Positions 59,986 to 64,000 of a stretch of DNA of 64,000 bases are shown piece after piece; position 1 is the stretch's first letter, and every line of letters starts with the position of its first letter. Source of the stretch: Podarcis muralis (Eukaryota); NCBI RefSeq assembly GCF_964188315.1, contig NC_135669.1, positions 16,244,001-16,308,000 on the forward strand, written 5' to 3'. The position numbers and the translations under genes were made by a program. The notes below the pieces were generated by a model. That model did not search any database, had not been told where the DNA came from, and saw only the letters and a list, made by a program, of their open reading frames with translations.

Positions 59986-62900
59986 ATGACCGACCAGGAG
60001 AACAACAACAGTATCTCCAGTAACCCCTTCGCCGCCCTCTTCGGCTCCGTCGCCGACGCCAAGCACTTCGCCGAGATCCAGAAGCAGCAGCAACTGACGC
60101 CGCCCGTTGGTGAGAGGTGGCCTCGCTTTTGGTGGGGGGGGGGTTTGACGCCCCTGGCCTAGGAAACATTGGGTCAGATCGAAGGTTGAATCCCGCGTGG
60201 AGGTATTGCTGAAAGCACTTGGGTGATCTTATCTGTACCCCCTCCCTTCCCTGTCCTTATTTTAAACGACAGACCATTTTACCGCCCCAAAAGCTGGGCA
60301 TCAGTAACCATAGATTGCAAAAACTAATATGGATTTTAAGGAATTGGTGCAAAGAAGAATTGGATTAAAATGGATAAAAACTAGTAGGTGCTGAAATCCT
60401 CAGTTTTTCACTGGCTTACCTGCAGGCTTCCAAATGGAAGGGTTTTTCCTCTGCTTCAGGTTGTGCAAATCTTTGGAAGAGCAGAGAGAGTTCGTTGTGA
60501 CGGGATAGTCACTGAGGCAGCCTTTCTGTGTCTTGACTGGCCCGGTTAGGCAAACAAATTGTGTTTGGGTGATAAGGTTCAAGTGGTGCCCATGTGGGGC
60601 TGGCAACCAGTCTCCATGCATTTTCTAGAGGCGACAACAACATGTTTGTGATTTGTGGTAAGCTGACTTTGTGGCTGGTAGCTATATTTGCCTGATGCCT
60701 GACATGTTATCAAGTAGCCAAATCTGAGGCAAAGGCCATGCTGGTCCCTCCTTCTTCTTGACACAGAGCCCTCCAGGGCAAAAGGCCAGGGTGCATGGTT
60801 GGTGCCTGGTGGGGCCAAGTTAGGCTGCTTCTTAACTAGTTCTACTTCTCCAGTGGAGGAAACCTCGGCCAGCCAAGATGATTCTGACAACAGCGTGTCT
60901 GAAAGCCTGGATGATTGTGACTACTCCGTGGCTGAGATCAGCCGCTCATTCCGTTCCCAGCAGGAGCTCTGTGAGCAGCTCAACATCAACCACATGATCC
61001 AGAGAATCTTCCTGATCACGCTTGACAACAGTGAGTATGGGGAGTTAGTTCCTGGGATCCAGACTAGGAGGAACTCTCAGTTATACTGGGATTTTTGCAG
61101 CTTCCTGAGAGTAGGGCTGCAGTATTCTATGGTGGCTGTAGACTCAACACAGATAATCTTCCACTTGTAGTTACTTTTGCTGTACTATGTGCTGCAGAAT
61201 CTCCTAAAGAACTTGGCTGTGTGTGGTTTCTCTTACACTATGCTTGTCACTGTATAAATGCTTTCCTGACACATCACGTGTGGTGGCAGGGAGTAGTGTT
61301 TCCTGTAATAGTGCTGCTCTATTCTGCTGCACAATTATTTGTGTGGGGCAAGAAAACCCCTCAAGCTTGGATCCCTATGTGCATCAGTTGCCTTAAAAGT
61401 CTCTCAAGAGTTCCAAAATGCTGGAATGGCTGTGTCCCTTCAGGCATGTGCTGTGCCACTGGCACTCAATAAAACAAAGCTTAAATCTCTCCCTTCCTCT
61501 TCCCCAGTGAACTGATAAAAATAAATTCTGCCTTTAGGAAAAATCAAGTTAACGTCTTTCAAACTAGGGAGGGGGGTTATTGGGTTGTTGTTTTTATTTT
61601 GATTATATATTTTGTGGTTTTATATGTTGATTTTGTTCTATGAACCGCCATGAGACTTCTGGGTACAGGATGGTATATAAATTAAATAAATAAATAGAAA
61701 GGTGGGGTGGGAGGATGATGTATGGGTTGGGGGCTTGGGGTTGTAGGGACACAGATTCATGCTTGTGGTGTTACTGATGTTGCTGGTTTGATGATTCCCA
61801 ACCTGCAGGTGACCCCAATCTCAAAAGTGGCAATGGGATTCCTGCACGCTGTGTGTACTTGGAGGAAATGGCAACAGACTTGGAGGATCAGGATTGGCTT
61901 GACATGGAGAATGTGGAGCAGGTATCTGTGCACATGCAAATGCAGTTGATTTTTCTGCCTGGCTGAGGGCTTGGCAGAGCATCCATGAGCCTTGGTGAAG
62001 GATGCAGGCTTTGCCCTTCAGGACACACTGTTCTCTGTGCTGATGTTCTTGAAGGACCCTTCAGCTGGATCAGTCTTGTGAATGGAAGACATTTGCCTTC
62101 TCTCCATTTGTAGTGCTCACTTTCTAGAGCAGGGCTGGGTAACCTATGGACCTGCAAATATTGTTCAATTTTAACTTGAATAATCCTCAACCACTAGCCA
62201 TACTGGTTTGGGGCTGATGGGAGTTATAGTCCAACAACATCTGGAGGGGCACAAGTTAGCCACCCCTGTTCTAGAGCCACCAACGTTGCATTTTGGACTT
62301 TTTGTTTAATCAAGCAGACTTGTCTGATGTGGGTGCCTGAATCCTATCACCCATTTGCTTGCAGCTCATGATAATGTGGGTGAAGGATCTGGCCTTAGCC
62401 ACAGGAGTTGTCTTGGATGACCTTCAGGTCTTACTGTGTGTTTTTGATACATAGCTGGGCACTTGCTCTATGTGGCTGGTGGGTGGGCAGGGTTGTGTAC
62501 TGACCATTTATGTCCGGCTTGGCATGTCTCTCCAGGCTCTCTTTACCCGGCTACTCCTCCCTGAACCAGGGAATCACCTGATTCACATGACCTCGGCTGG
62601 CATACAGAATCTATCAGCTGACAGAGATGCAGGGGAGAAGCACATATTTCGCTACCTCTTTGCCAGCTTCCAGAGGGCAAAGGAGGAGGTGGGTCAACGC
62701 CCCACATCCCTGTCAGCAAGTCTGACTGCCTGAGCGGAGCAGCCCAGCAGACCAGAGACAAAGTTCTCTCCTCTGTTCTCCTAGATTACCAAAGTGCCAG
62801 AGAACCTGTTGCCCTTTGCCATGCGCTGCCGAAACCTTTCTGTGTCCAACACTCGCACGGTCCTCCTCACCCCGGAGATCTATATCAACCAAAATGTCTA

Positions 62901-63815
62901 CGAGCAGCTAGTGGACTTGATGCTGGAGTCCCTTACAGGAGCCCGTAAGTTACAGAGGCAGAGCTGGGCACCCTAGAAGAAGTTAATGGGCTACAACTGC
63001 AGGAGGTCCCTCAAAGATACCTTTGATACCCCACCTTTTTATTATAGTTGTAAATGTGTTGGGGTGCCTGTATCTTTCTATGAGAATGCATAAAGGATTG
63101 GTGTTCACTTCTCTCCTACTCTCTTACTGTAGGCTTTGAAGATGTAACTGAGTTCCTGGAGGAAGTCATAGAAGGCCTCACTATGGATGAAGAAGTGAAG
63201 ACCTTTGAGGAAGTAATGGTGCCTGTCTTTGATATCCTCTTGGGACGGATCCGAGAGCTGCACCTTTGCCAGATCCTGCTATACTCCTACCTGGACATGC
63301 TCCTCTACTTCACTAGGCAGAAAGATATAGCGAAAGTGAGCATTTGGCTAGCCTATCTTCAGGGTACCAGGGAGCAGCAAAGCAATCAGCCATGGCCATC
63401 TTCAGCCTACCTCCTGGGCAGAGGGGTAGCTGCTTGTTCTCTTCACTGTGAAGAGAGCATGGCCTTCCTGATTCTGTGCTGTGGTTACAACATGCATCAG
63501 TGATAGGCTGGCCAATATGGCAGAACCATCATTCCATAAAAGGGTGTCCTTCATTCCACTACTTATATCGGGGCTTTACCTGTAGTGGCTGACCAGCAGT
63601 ACCTTCTGTTTCTGTTTGCTCAGGTTTTTGTAGAGTACATCCAGCCAAAGGACCCAGCCAATGGGCAGCTCTACCAGAAGACTTTGCTGGGAGCTATCTT
63701 GAGCATCTCATGCTTGCTGAAGACCCCAGGTGTGGTAGAGAACCACGATTACTTCTTGAATCCCTCTCGGTCCAGCCCTCAGGAGATCAAGGTGCAGGAA
63801 TCCAACATCCACCAG
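59986..63815 (+). CDS. UBE4A: Ubiquitin conjugation factor E4 A, 5' part; coding exons 59986-60109, 60854-61030, 61809-61921, 62536-62688, 62785-62944, 63133-63335, 63624-63815; gene continues beyond the window
   Basis: Translation: [19 protein letters not shown]...[27 protein letters not shown]...[11 protein letters not shown]|[22 protein letters not shown]...|ALFTRLLL...|[18 protein letters not shown]...|...[24 protein letters not shown]. All junctions are GT-AG and in frame. Confidence 0.97.
62130..62268. mobile_element. hAT (MER5-like) MITE in UBE4A intron
   Basis: TIRs cagggctgggtaac / gttagccacccctg and perfect TSD TTCTAGAG. Confidence 0.75.
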
Positions 63816-64000
63816 GTGGGTGGATGTGCACATTTCATACCAGTGTAGCTTAACCAGGCAGAGTAGAGGGGACAGCAGCGGAAAATGACAGCTTCTGTCT
63901 CTTAAATTTATCTCTCTAGTGTGGTTTGGTGGGTTCTTGGTTGTTCCTTAAGTCACAGATTGTCAACATCAAAGTATAGTGAAAACCTCCGCAGGAAATT

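Noticed and set aside
1-64000. CRISPR arrays, rRNA or prokaryotic systems
   Set aside because: Vertebrate intron-exon DNA. All tandem repeats are microsatellites or TE subrepeats without spacer structure.

Overview
Eukaryotic genomic DNA from a squamate, very probably a lacertid lizard. This is inferred from Sauria-type SINEs, BovB, Penelope and lizard-type MITEs, and a single CD3 gamma/delta gene. The window is the block syntenic with human 11q23.3: SCN2B (-), MPZL3 (-), MPZL2 (-), CD3E (+), CD3 gamma/delta (-) and the first seven coding exons of UBE4A (+). Exon boundaries were read by hand from GT-AG sites and reading frame, and most exon sizes match those I recall for mammalian orthologues. 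Introns and intergenic DNA are dense with TEs. Most notable observations: (1) the CD3 gamma/delta transmembrane helix has Ser where homologues have the Asp/Glu that pairs with the TCR lysine; (2) no JAML exons are recognisable in the SCN2B-MPZL3 gap, which is of interest because squamates are reported to lack gamma-delta T cells; (3) a young Penelope-like element forms a near-perfect 692-bp inverted repeat with two minimal hammerhead ribozyme motifs in CD3 gamma/delta intron 2; (4) two related solo LTRs face each other just upstream of CD3E. No database searches were run. TE family names and fragment boundaries are approximate.
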